A stretch of DNA of 64,000 nt from Balanoglossus misakiensis (lineage: Eukaryota > Animalia > Hemichordata), in assembly GCA_040954595.2 (NCBI GenBank), contig CM082586.2, positions 8,215,337 through 8,279,336 on the forward strand, in the 5' to 3' direction. Shown one piece after another: positions 49,461 through 62,700 of the stretch; position 1 is the first letter of the stretch; the number at the start of each line of letters is the position of its first letter. A model generated the notes under the pieces. The model searched no databases, was not told the DNA's origin, and saw only the letters and a program-made list of their open reading frames with translations. A program made the position numbers and the translations under genes.

Positions 49461-51643
49461 TTTTATTATTATTATTATTTATTCACATACTGTAGGCCAC
49501 CGGCCCATAGGTATACATCATATAATAAAGTTACATCACTGAAGACGCTGTTTACATGTAGTTATTTACACAACATTTGCAGGTGTTGAACCTGGTATTG
49601 CATTATGACGTTTCCTTGTGGAAAACAATATAAACTTTGATAGATTCTGTATAATGGAAGCATTTTCAGATTGCAAAAGTTTGACAAATTTATCAATGGA
49701 CGGTAATGTATAGAAATATTTTGGAATATATTTGGCTCTCAAATCTGTATAAAATGGACATATCAGGCAAAAATGAAATTCATCTTCTATATTATTTGTG
49801 TTACAATAGAGACAAATTCTCTCAGCACGTTGGTTATGTAGATGTCTGTCTGATTCTATTCTCAAGGTATGTGCAGAAACACGAAAGCGACACAAGGCAT
49901 TCCGAAATTTCTCTTCCTGTAAGACTGAAAAATATTTCTCTCTACCAAATGAACTCTTAAATTTACAATAGGTATCCAATTTGGGGAAAGCACTCATGTT
50001 GGCGTACCATTCTTGAATGAATATATCTTGACAACGCTGCTTAAACAAACTCAAAAATACATTAACATTCCCAACCCCTTGGCTCAGCCAAGCTTCACCC
50101 ATTCCAAGAGAAAAAAGTAACTGTTTCACTCCAAAAGCCCAGCAGCCTTTACTCTTTTCGGCTTCACAAAATTGAAATTTGTAACAGGTGTGCACAATGC
50201 GACAATGAGGGAGAGACAATAATCTAAGCCAATATTTAACAACTCTGGCCAGTCTGACAGTACGGATTGAAAAACGACCCAATTCACCCTTTACAGCCAA
50301 GTTTGGAGCATTATGATAAAGCTTCAATATAAAGCGACAAAATTTGTTTTGAACTATTTCAATCTGCTCTCCCGCATGTAGACCCCAAACTTCACTACCA
50401 TACATCATAATTGGTAGTATTTTAGTGTCAAAAATTTTAAAAGCCAAGCTGACATCAAGAAGTCTAAACTTGCATAGTGATTTTTTAACATTAAATAAAG
50501 CTTTTGTAGCTTGAATTGCTAATTGACTCTGTGCTTTGTTCCATAAACCAGAGCTAGAAAACAGTACACCAAGGTAGTTATAGACTGGGACAACTTCAAT
50601 TCTGTTACCATTTATAAACCACTTTTCACTAGCTTTTAGCCGACCACCCTTTCTAAAAACAATAATTTTTGATTTGTCAATATTAACTCTCAGTTTCCAC
50701 TTACTAGCGTAAACTGATAAGTTATTCAATAATCTTTGCAAACCAATTTTCGTTGAGCTGAAAAGGGTCAAATCATCAGCGAAAAGCAAGAAGAAAAGTT
50801 TGATAGTTGCTATGTGTACTCCTGCAAAATCATGATCAAGTGCTTCTCTCATATCATTGATAAATAAAGTAAATAAGAGTGGGGACAGGATACTACCTTG
50901 TTGTACACCTAGCTCACATTTGAAAAAATCAGACATTCCTGCACTAGTTCGAACACATGCGGTTACATTAGCATACATAGAGCGCAGTACAGAAAAAACT
51001 TTGCCTTTCAAACCTGCTTTGAACAATTTGTAAAATAAAAGGCAATGGTTTACACGATCAAATGCCTTTTCAAAGTCTATAAAGGCACAGTAAAATCTGC
51101 CTTTTAGGTCTAAATATCTCGTAACAATGGTATGTAAAATAAAAATGTTATCAGCAGTTGAGTATTTCTTTCGGAAACCACCTTGCTCTTCTATAAGTGG
51201 AATATATGTATCTGACCAAGCCAGAAGCCTTTGATAAACAATGTCACTAAAAACCTTATTTATGGTGGGTAAAAGAGTTATTCCCCTGTAATTATTCACA
51301 ATATCTTTTGGACCTTTCTTATGCAAAGGTACAATTAGCCCTTGGGCCCACTGTTCTGGGAAGTTACCAGTATTTAATATTTTATTGAAAACACACAAAA
51401 TCAGTCTCTTCAGGTGTAAAGGAGAATTTTTAAGAATTTCAGGAGAGATCCCATCAAACCCAGGGGCTTTACCTCCTTTAAGGCGACAGAGAGCATTATC
51501 AAATTCCCCCATTGTAATATCAGTATCAAGCTCTCCAGTTTCATACACAGTGTCATTTAAATTCTCATGGTAATTTACCTGGTCCATAAATGTTTTAATT
51601 TCCTCATAAAATTCTGTATCTGAAGTATGCACCTGTGTTAACG
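49461..51643 (-). mobile_element. Young 5'-truncated LINE (RTE-X-like), 2183 bp, antisense within the GPCR intron
   Basis: 13-bp TSD agtgtaacaatat (49448-49460 and 51644-51656); (AAT)n tail at ~49461-49483; endonuclease and ORF1 absent. Confidence 0.9.
49566..51643 (-). CDS. LINE ORF2 reverse transcriptase plus C-terminal CCHC finger (uninterrupted, N-truncated)
   Basis: KAPGFDGI, NNYRGITLL, EQGGFR, FIDFEKAFDRV, GVQQGSILSPLLF, LLFADDL, YLG, RICLYC....EDEFHFCLICPFY. Confidence 0.92.
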
Positions 51644-52128
51644 AGTGTAACAATATCGTGCATCGTGTGCATGGTTCGTATAACATTTGACTGCTATAAT
51701 TTCATTTTTATGGATATGGAAATATTTATTTAATCCCACAATGAAATCACTTCAGCAGCGAAGTGCATCTTGCGCGCTAAGCAATGAGTGAATGCTTCTT
51801 GGTCCGCGAACTGTCAAACGAAATGGTTACCAGGGCAACGCGTACACATGAAAGGGATCACTGGACGTCAGTTTAATTACCATCGCCCCCGCTTTACCTT
51901 AAACATTAACCTTTGGTACCTCAACATGCCAATCACGTGGCCCGACACAAAATCTAGCAAAACCAACTCACGAGATGTTTACAATAGAATCCTATACATA
52001 CACATCTAGTTCTTTGTGAACATAAAACACCAACTCTACAAAAAGATTACCGTAGCTTATCACAACTCTTCTCGTAGTTTTGTCAAACTTGGATTATGAT
52101 AAAAAGTCATTCAAATCTCCATTAGCTG

Positions 52129-52273
52129 CAATCTGATTAAAATCAGATGTAGGGAATGGCGACGTCCTTTACTTACGCGGTACGAGGGTTTTTTATGCGG
52201 TCGCCTCACACTAGAAAAAGTACAAGTAAGTAAAAGACGTCGCCGTACCCTACATCTGATTTTAATCAGATTG
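52129..52273. repeat. 145-bp fold-back (palindromic MITE-like) element
   Basis: caatctgattaaaatcagatgtaggg ... ccctacatctgattttaatcagattg, 26-bp perfect arms extended by ggcgacgtc/gacgtcgcc; no clear TSD. Confidence 0.75.
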
Positions 52274-53848
52274 ATTGTAGACGCGACACGGTCAATCACC
52301 GAGAACAAGTTTGTTATACGCAGGCCCGAAGCAGCCTTTGTGTACCACTATCCTAAGTTACCGACTCCTGATTACATGTATTTGTCTGCTTAACGTTATA
52401 ACTAGAATCAAAACATTCCCAAGAAGCGCCAAATATTTATCCAGGAAATTAAATGAAAGTCTGGCGGATGCCCACGGCGTATTAAATTCCACAGTTCCCA
52501 ACGTCAATAAAATACAGATCGTAACCTCAATATATTCACTATCTTGCATTCTCCTTTTTATTTCTACGTGAGGCATTGTATGACATGATCGTTTAAGCAA
52601 TAAATCATTATAATTGTTATCGGCTGTAAATACAGTATGTTTTGAGATTGTTTATATAAATAAATAAACTGCTTTTATTAGATATGTCATCAACTGTACG
52701 GGCAATATTTCAATGCCATGTAATGTGTTTTTTGTTAAAATAGATGAAGATAGAAACATTCATCATGCTGATTACGTTTTTGATAATATACAGACAGTGT
52801 ATTCAACACAACGCAATATTTACCTTCCTTTCTAGCTATACCTACTTGTTTGCCTGCCAGTTTATAGCCAACTATATTACCTATCCACGGCTTCCCCTTC
52901 CTACCCCCCCCCCCGTTACCCCCCTCTACTACCCCCAATTGCTTCGCCCCTTCTAACTCAATAATGCTAATTAGCCCTTTATTCACTCAGAGATAACCTG
53001 AACAATCCCAGAAATAGAGTGATTCCTTCGACTTCTAAAATGGAAAGTAAGGCGTTATTTTTTGGCTTAGAAGAGTTTCTTTTGTCCAAATACATTTTGC
53101 TTGGATTCAGTGGACTTTTAAAAAAGTTTAAGCAGAACACCCACAATGTTATAGGAGTCAGTAGGGCAGATACTACATTCAGACACGTGATATTTGATCT
53201 CTATAAATATTTTATGACTTTGACCCTAGTTACACTCGCATTTTTCACTGAAAACAAACATTTGGCCACTTTAGGAACGCCACATATGTTACTTTATATT
53301 TAAGTTTTCACTATTTTGAGCTCCAAAACTCTGGACGACGTTTTCTCTTGTATGAGACTGAACCCGTCCCCCATTTTTTTCTGAAACGACTAAACATGCC
53401 ATCCTAACATCCTTTGAAATAAAATAGCGCCATCAACGACGAATACGCACGTGAAATTGACATCGTACATTTTCGTTATTTGGATTAGAGCATGGAAGGT
53501 ATTATGTTCTTCAGTGTATTGCAGTCGTCGGTAGACGCAGTCTTACAAGTCATTGCACGCTACTCCAGCAACAGCAGTCTTTTTCCAAAACGCATCGTTC
53601 TAACAAAACGCCGCACCACAAGTAGAGGGACCGTTGTTTAATTATTGAACGCAAAAATAGAATGGGCCTAGTGATGTAGCATTGGCTCATTTAGTAGACT
53701 TTATATTATCAAAGCTTGTCAACCTCCATTGCAAGCAACATTTTGGACAATCCAAAAACATAACAACCCCTTACAGACTTCTTGTAACATTGTTCCTCCA
53801 CACATGCTGTCAAAATCACTTCTGAGTCAGCTTAGTCGCCGGACTTAT

Positions 53849-54050
53849 GACTGATGTTATAAATGTTTATAATTTTATTTACACAGCACTCAATGAAATT
53901 TTAGATTATGCAACTCACTTTTTATTTTCCACTGTTATTTCGCTCTTTTTACATCCCTGATGAAGATCCTCTGTGACGGATCAAAACGTTGGTCATTCAA
54001 GTTATTAGTACTAAAGCTATCTGTAAAACCTGACGCTGGTTTTTCCTCCT
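53849..54050 (+). mobile_element. Penelope-like terminal fragment with degenerate minimal hammerhead ribozyme (53957-53994)
   Basis: CTGATGA-a-gatcc..ggatc-AAAAC-gttg-GTC; 9-bp direct repeat cggacttat at 53840-53848 and 54051-54059. Confidence 0.55.
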
Positions 54051-55520
54051 CGGACTTATTTTTTTACTAATGTGTGTTTTATCTCGAGAATTCGATATTA
54101 AGTTGCTTACATTTAAAAACTCGAGTTGATTGTATCGTCCGTGTGACCATGCTAATCTATCATACAATCCATTTACATCCTAATCTTTATGATCAACATC
54201 CATTCTGATGCCATCAACAACCCAATTCGTCGCCAGAAACTCCCTGGCGAAAAGAAAATCCCAGCCTTCTTATCAAAACGCTGATTTCATCGTTAAATAG
54301 AAGAATTAATCGTGTGCGTTCTGAATGCCGCTGTGAAGTCAAGGCCAGGCTGCCTGGTCGTCCGTTAGAAATATACGATTCCAATTTTTTAAGTAAGATT
54401 TATCTTTTCGCCTCACGCTTCATTGAAACCTTGCAAGTCGTTTAGCGACGAAGCTTTATTGACGAGAACGTTAATCAAAAGAATCCACGCACGCAACTTT
54501 TTGTCGCAAACTGCAGTGCTAATGTATTGGCCTTCTTGCCTCGTGTCAAAGGTCAATGTTCGACAATATTGCAACGCAGATGTCGTGGTGAGTAGATTAA
54601 CAGAGTCCGTTCGCCAACGCATTCAACGACACATAACTGGCATTCATAGAAAGACCGTGGTTTGCATACAAGGCGGTTTCTTTAATTGATGTTTGATGGA
54701 TTAGATGTCGTATGCCGTGCGACATTTATTTCTGAGGCGAAGCTGACGTCCACCATGTGTGTGATGTCATTCTCTCAATAGAACGACTGTTCAAAGAAAG
54801 ACACTTCTTCATTTAAGGTCACGACCTCTAGTTCTGAATTATGAAATGACCGAAGAGTTCACTAAGAACAGACACGCCTTTGCAGTTCGAACGAAACCAG
54901 CCCCCAGCATTTGTTAAGAATTCGCAGCATAGCACGAGCTTAATTGAGCATTTGCCTCAAAGATATCTGTACATAGGTTGCTTTGTCTCAAACAAATGAC
55001 GAATCACCAGACAGCTTTCCTATAAACCGGTCTGGACGTGTCCATTTTGGCACTTTTAATTCACACTTGATTCTAGACATCATGTTGTCGGATTGAAGAA
55101 TTGTGTTTGTCTATGAAACACCCATAGGAATAAACTTAAATTGAATTAGGCACAACATGATTTTAAATTGCGTTTTAAAAGCCCGCTGTGTGAAGCGCTC
55201 TCCAAGAAGCAGCACTTGCCTCCAACAAGATATTAACTGTTAGAAAGCGACATCCACTGTAAACTTGAAATAAAATTCTCTTGAATATCATAAAACTAAT
55301 TACAACGTTTTTGAATTAAAAAAATGTCGAACATTCGGTTTATATAGGAGATTTCCATTTTGACCTTGATGGGTAAATAGGCATTGACAAAAGTCGTCAC
55401 GGAAACATGTAGAACTATCATAGTTTACTTGGCACTTTGTATATGATTTCTCTATTTCGTTCAGTTACATTTGAAATATTGAACAGGAAAGACCATTAAC
55501 AACAGGAGTGAAGCGTTTAA

Positions 55521-55809
55521 GGTATAGTATGCGCCTTTGGGGACACAATTTCAGAAAATGGTAGTCCTTATGAAACCTTGGAAACAAAGAAGAAAACAGG
55601 TGTTAACCGTCATGTTTCTTTATTTCATAATATAATAATTTTCTCCGTAGACTTAGCACCGAGATTGGTGGCCACCATTCAAACATTTTGCACGTGCCCC
55701 CCCCCCCCCCCCATTTTTATTATCTGCTTTAAGATAGAATAATCTAAAGTTGCCTTGAGCAAAATATAAGACAACGTTTAAAACTTTGATTTCCGTGCCG
55801 CAGTCTACC
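55521..55809. mobile_element. Kolobok-like non-autonomous element (TTAA TSD)
   Basis: ttaa|ggta(ta)gtatgcg ... cgcagtctacc|ttaa. Confidence 0.55.
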
Positions 55810-56530
55810 TTAAAAGTCAATTCTAAAGCTAGTTTGACGTATCCATCGTATCACATGACGTGTGCCCTTACTTCTCATATACACATCAATCTTATAATAA
55901 CAAATAACCCCTCCGGCTCTCCAAAGGTATAGCAAAGTTGATAGCGCTGTTTCTTCGCCCAATCTTGGAATGAGGCGATAAGATCTGATAATCACCATGG
56001 AAACGTTGGTTTCCCCAAGCTCTACGATTTCAACATTGATACCTGACGTGACATTGAAGATTCTTGACCTCTGTTTAGCTTAGTGACTTGACCTTGAATC
56101 GACATTACACAGGCTTAGCAGTTATATGTTCGATACTTGGTCACATACGAGGGACACAAAACGGAGAGTGTACATTTTAAACGCTTTGTTCCAGAACAGA
56201 AGTGTACTCTTCTGTGACGTGCAGTGAAGCAATACAAAAACTCGTAATACATAGTTCGTTTGAAGAAATGTTAGAAGATATCGAATATTATTTTTGTTCC
56301 CTCTTCCAAGAAATAAATGTCACGCTTTAATTCCTTCTATATGGTTTATTTTGTCTGATAAGGTAAATGAAATAAGAGGCGAATTCTGAGAAACGTAACC
56401 AAAACCAGGATAGGAAAACCTATTTAATCATCTTGCCTTTTATAACACATGGATACACAACATGTGTATTGAAAGAAATAATCTTAAATTTTAATATTGC
56501 TTAAATTTTAATATTATTGTTAACCTTTAA

Positions 56531-56723
56531 AGGTATACTGTCACCTATGCAAATATAGCTACAGTTACCATGGCACATTGAGATCTAGCCAATCACAGAT
56601 TTTCAGTGTGGTGGCACACACGAAAAAAAGAGCGCCACCATATGTTCTTTTACAACACTCAAATACGCCATTTCTTCCATATATGGGCGTATGTAGATTG
56701 GAGGTGACTGTATACATGTACCT
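56531..56723. mobile_element. Kolobok-like MITE; right portion also present at ~9420-9563 and ~11757-11896
   Basis: ttaa|aggtatactgtcacc ... ggtgactgtata(catgta)cct; shared interior gctacagttaccatgg..agatc.agccaatcacagattt. Confidence 0.6.
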
Positions 56724-59700
56724 TTGAAATAGATGTGTGATTTTAACACAAAAAGTGACATACATGTGTATATGCTTTGTCACAGGGTAATACATTTGAT
56801 ACGCGAAGTATACATGTTTACCTATTGTGAACACAGGCTAGGAGAAACCTAAACATCCGGGCATTTTTGCCTTTCTCGTATCAGCACCTGCAGTGTAGCA
56901 ACAAGGTCAAGCCTAGTTAGATTGCTACGCCAAAACCTTTTGGAAAACGAAAACAAGGCAATTACAATTTCCAGCACAACATTGATTATTTTGCCTTGGA
57001 GGGGTATACATGCACAAATGCCATGTAATAATTATTAATATCTCCCGGCAAGAACAATTTTTGTCGCAGAGTATTTGTTGAAAATCTAATGCAAGACTTA
57101 TCCCGGGTTTTCAGTGCGAAACGCCTTGTTTCTGAATATTTCGGTGTCAAATTAATTGAGTTGCTCGTTGAGCAGCTACAGACGTGCTACCAGTAATCCG
57201 ATGAACATCCGCGACAGCAAATCCTGCGTTTATGGCTCCTGTTTTTTCCGATCTTAAGTTTTTTCAATGCATCCACTTCAGATTGCAAATCGTCTAGTTT
57301 GACAGTTGACTGTCGGCTGGAGATATCGCATCTTTCAAGTTCGACACCCCGAAACTAAAACAACGCATGCATTTCCTTCAGCATCAATGATATGTTAATC
57401 GGTGGCAATTTTACAAATGTTGGCTCCGAAGCATGACATTATCAATTAGATGTCAGGACTAGAATATTATGGATATTCTAGCTGAAAAAAAGAAACTTCG
57501 ATGTGAACCGCATCTCGACATTACTTTGTTAATGAAATGCATCATTCTGGAAAAAGTCTTGATAAGATATCTTTCCACAACAGATGTGATAACTTGCGTA
57601 CAACAGATCCACAATCCCACCTAAAGGTCACGCTTCATTTTATTTTAATCCACTTGTCATAATTAGTTTTGTTTATGTTTTTAATATCAGGCTTTGGCGA
57701 CAACGTGGGTGACGCAGATTACTTTATTCAACTTTCCATGATAAGTATACAATGTACTGAATATTTAAAAATACACATTGCCACACCCAATGGGAAAATG
57801 AGATATATTATCGACAAAAAGAAAAAGGGATTGATAAAAATACTGCATTTAAAAGGAGACTCAATGAAAGTACATGAACTGTCTGTATGTCGATTATAAC
57901 TACAACGCGGGGGTCGTTTCCGTCAATTAAAGGTTCGGACCGATCTTGTCAATTTGACCACCTGTTGCGTACTGACTAAAATCCCATTTGTCGCAGTAAT
58001 AAACTCAATTAGGTGTTAGCGAGGAAATCCCACACGAGTTTGTCATGTGCCCATTCATGTCACAGTAAACTGCATCGCCTTTCTAAAGCGGGACAGCGAG
58101 CCCAGATCAAGTTATTCAATTATAACCAGCATGCGTGTCTGCGTCCATCCTCGTTATGTGTAACCATGGTAATATATCAGATATATATTGCACGGGGGAA
58201 TTTATATCGGGCCATATCAACTGTGACGATTAATGCATTTTCATACAATAGCCATGCTGATCATCTCAGTAAAGAACGTATTTGAGGAACAGTAGCACGG
58301 ATAAGCATTTTGTTCACAAGTGAGATATGGGGATCCATCGAAAAATAAAATATAAGTCGACTATATATATATATTATTCATAAGTTAATTAAAAACGACA
58401 GGTCTGCTCAACGTGTTTCAACAACCTGGATTGTCAGTTCTTGGATCAGTATTTTCTATCCCCAATATTTAATCAGCGACATCGGTGTGAGCAGATAATA
58501 ACTAGGCAAACTTCCACTACATGCAATGTATACGTCTAGAGTTCAATGGTTTGCCGTGCAGCTGAAGACACGGTCGCAAGGGGGAACGGGAATCCAATTT
58601 CATTGCATTTGCTGGTTTGAAACACTTAGTACACAATGGAAGATAATGAAATTCACCAGAACAACATGTATGGACCTCTCTGCCAGATAAAATAACCCTG
58701 ACCGTTGTCGTTTACTTTTCAATCCAGAAACGTGCGCGCGCATTTTTCAGGTATTTTGTTTATAGCCAGTTTGACACGCTGTATAGGTCCTATACACTTT
58801 TCGCAAGGTTCATGGTCGTGATATTAGTTCAGAGCTTTCAAAGACATTTACTGAAGCGAAAGATTTGTTTTGAACGAAAAGTGGTATGGGGGTAATTACA
58901 AACAAGACACATTTGTCTTTTTTTCTTTCAAATCCACTTCGGATGTGGAGGCGAACACGTAAAACCCTTCCTCCCACAAGGGAACTTTTGCTAACACGTT
59001 TTATCTCAAGGGATAACTACTTCAGAAGTACATTTCCGCTTTTCACTCGGTGCAGCGTCATTTGAAGCCATATATAGCACAATATGCCCAGGAAAAGTTT
59101 CATTCGACTGTGAATGGTGGGTTTTGAAGTATAAATGTTCCACGTGTTCAGTTGTATAATTCAGTACCCGCGGGACACATTTAAATGTCGTTCTACCCAG
59201 ATGCATGTTTTTAAAATGAGATTTCTCAATACCTCAGACCCACCCTTGTGATACATGTAATACAAAACTCGTCATGGGGTTATTATTATAATCATTGCGG
59301 TGAGAGGCCCATAGACAATGGCAGAATATTTTGTGACTTCCGACGCACTTTCATGTATCTTAGATATTATTGTACGTTGTTTGGACTTGGTGCAAAACAA
59401 CCATGCTGATCATCTCAGTACAGAACGTATTTGAGGAACTGCCAACTGATGATAGAGAGCTAGTAAGAAATGGCCGCAATGATTGCATTGCATTACATTA
59501 CGTGTTACGTGAACATTAAATCACTGTCATATTTCTCCCATAATCGGCAAGTTCCGCCGTAATTCGTTTTGCTCTAACACAGGGCTAACAGCTTGCCATG
59601 AACAGCAGTTTTGCACGTGGGATTTCACGAAAACAACATCACACGCACATACATTTGTACTGAGTAACACGTTATACATTTGTAGGTAAGTGCATTAAGG

Positions 59701-62700
59701 AAATCACCACTGATTTTGCTACATGTAAATGCTTCCCTCAATTGAATGATGAATATCAGCAGACAGTTTTCTAATACTGTAGATGACGAATCACTTCCCC
59801 ATTCCTACCTCATTACCTTATTTCTGACATTGAATTTACCCAGTTATATTTTACCATAGCAACAACAAAACATTAGCATTGCTATAGAAGGGCAAAGGGG
59901 ATTTTCAATGTCTCACTGGCGATTACACAGAAATCTTTCAGCATAAACAACTTTCAGGCTAAGCCAGATACGCAAGTAAAAACGTGAGTTGACATTCATT
60001 TCAAACACATCAGTAGACTAGCTTACGTCATAGTTTAATTTTAATCATTTCCCAAAGCTCATATATGTATGGCCTCTAAAACATCGAATGTTTTACCATG
60101 TTCATAGTGAGTAAAGCTATAGAACGTTTTAGATACTCTATTTGCTATTTGATATTCCTTGGAGTCGCTCTGCATACACCCCCCAACACACATAGTTAAA
60201 GCATGGACCATGGCGCTCCACACCATAGAAAATAGGTTGCGGAGAGGTGTATGTGCGTGTGTTTGTGTGTGTGTGTGTTTGAGGACACAAAGCGACTCAA
60301 ACGATTTCGTCTCCTGATGAGTGAGTCCAGTGACTCAACTATGAAAATACACATCCTTGACTTATAGGTTACGTTAGGATCAGATAGAGTCGATAAGACT
60401 CAGACCTCATTACTTTGTCGTCAAAGTTCGACTACAGGGTCGTTCCTTAAATGTTCTCAGGGGAAGCCGTATTTTTCTCCGCAAAGATGAGGGCAGCTGA
60501 GATGTCATGTCTCTGCAGACAACCCCAGATTCATTTACAAACACAACATATTGTAATAATAACTGGGAAATCTGTTTCTGATAAATTTCTGGCCATGCAG
60601 AGTATATAACAGCGATTTTACCATGTGGAAGAACATATCGGCAATGGAGACACATATCCCTGATTTCGGCTATTAGGCCTATGTTTGACTCATTCACATT
60701 TCATATATCACCATGATAATTCATTACTATTGTCTGTTTGTAGATTTTGTACTTTGTATAGAAAACTGACATCAGCAATCATGTGACTCATTGCTGTTTC
60801 AACATGTTCAGCATGCAGTCCCAAAATGATCAGATTTTCTGTTCTTCGTCATCCTCAGTGTTGGGCAATGAGGAGGCACAAACTTCTACCGCTAAAGTAT
60901 CCTTTGTTTGGTCAAAGTTTGATGTTAAAAAAGCAAAGGTGATCCATTAGCTTTTCCTCGTCTCATTGATTTCTTTGCCATAAAACACGTAATCTTTAAC
61001 AGCATCAAAAATAATTGACTTCTATACAACACACTCAATACTTTATCTAAGCTCATGAATCACACATTTAACGAGAAAACCATCGCAAAAGAGAAGTGCG
61101 ATGGTCCTAGAATGCATCTTGTGCGTTCTCAACCGCTTACTACTGTCAACCACTATGACCCAACACAACTGGGAACTATTGCTTTCTGAAGCAACACCGA
61201 CATTTTTTTTTCAAAAGAAAGCACTTCCACTGACGCTTTGTAGCAAATTTGCTGACATCTGACCGAATTAGCTCTATCAAAGTCTGTACGAAAGATTATA
61301 AGGTTACATAGTAATACTCGCCATTTCGACATGGTCGACTCATCAGTCAATTTCCTGCTGTTTGTACATGTAAGATGTAAGCGCAGTGAGTATACCACGT
61401 GCATAGTGTCGACCACGTGTATCAGTGGTCTTCGTGTTACATTTGATTTGAAGATGAATGTCCTTCATGAGCCAGTGTGTTATCAAACTGATTGGATGTG
61501 ACATTTCATTTATTGACTCACTTGATGCCGTTCGACTAGAACGCTGCAGATCTGCGTACTTGGGAAAGAGGTTTCCCGTCCATGCATTAAGTATATGCTA
61601 TTTCGGTTGCCATGGTCATCCGCAGCAAAAACAAATCCGTCTTAGATTGGAAGAGAATTTCTGATGATGAGAGTGTGAGCATGCGCAGTGTTATGTTCTG
61701 TGCCAGTCTTTTGCAGTCCGTTCTTGGAATTGAATCGATCGTTTGCAGTTTACCGTAAAAAATTTCAAAAAATTTATGTCTCGGAGTCCCTAAACTTTTC
61801 TAGAATTATAACACCTATACCACACATAAAGACTTGCCCTAAATGTAGGGTAAGGGATTTTGCAACTGCGGTCAACAAGTGATATAGACAAATATGTTTG
61901 GAAGCACGGTCACTATAGTCTTCTTTGTAACCATGGAAATACCAACTAAACAATGTTGAACCAATGTAGCCTATGTTTTCAGCTCGAATGCTGCTTGTAG
62001 ATAAAGTATGTGTGTTGTTAGAGGAAATGGAGAATTGACAAATTATTTTTTCTAGTTTTCATCTGTAATTAATTCAACCAATAAATATTGATTGTTTGAC
62101 CTATGACAACACAATATTTGATGGGGAAAACTGGATAGGATACTTGAAAGAAGCACGTTTTGAAAAAGCTTTGTGTTCCTAATGGACAACATTTGGTAAA
62201 TTCTGTGTGTCGTTTGTCAAATCTGAGAAAACTGTTTTCAGGTGAAATGTTTGCATCTTATGTAAGAATAAATGAAGCAAAACCTTACTGACATCATTTA
62301 CGGTACAAATAATAGACTTCTCGGCAGAAGGTTGCTACGTCCCCCATGCCCGGTAGCCATGTCCCCCATAATTGACGTTTAGCTTTAACGCGGTTCGATG
62401 AACACCAGATAATTATGTTACACACTTAAGCCGCTCCGCTTTTCTGACGGTTGCGAGTTGACTTCTTAATGGGCATTAACTTCAAGACGTTCAGACGGGA
62501 TTCTTGCGACACACATTCACAAAACTGCAGAGCTGTCATTTTATGAATGTGTGTACGAGCTTGCTGCAGCGACAGTAATGAGCTTGCCTTGTGTGCGTGT
62601 CACGCCTAGCGTAATTCCGTCCGACGGACGCAAAGAATTTGTCGCTTGACAAACCTTTATAAGGATCGCCGTATTCGCCCATCAACAAGTTGACTAATTC

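Noticed and set aside
51644-51686. ATG giving a complete-looking 706-aa RT gene (possible domestication)
   Set aside because: The ATG lies beyond the TSD in flanking DNA, so this is a chance in-frame fusion to a truncated LINE.
60314-60346. Second hammerhead-like motif CTGATGA-g-tgagtc-cagt-gactca-actat-GAAA
   Set aside because: Extra bases between stem II and GAAA, and no convincing stems I/III or cleavage triplet.
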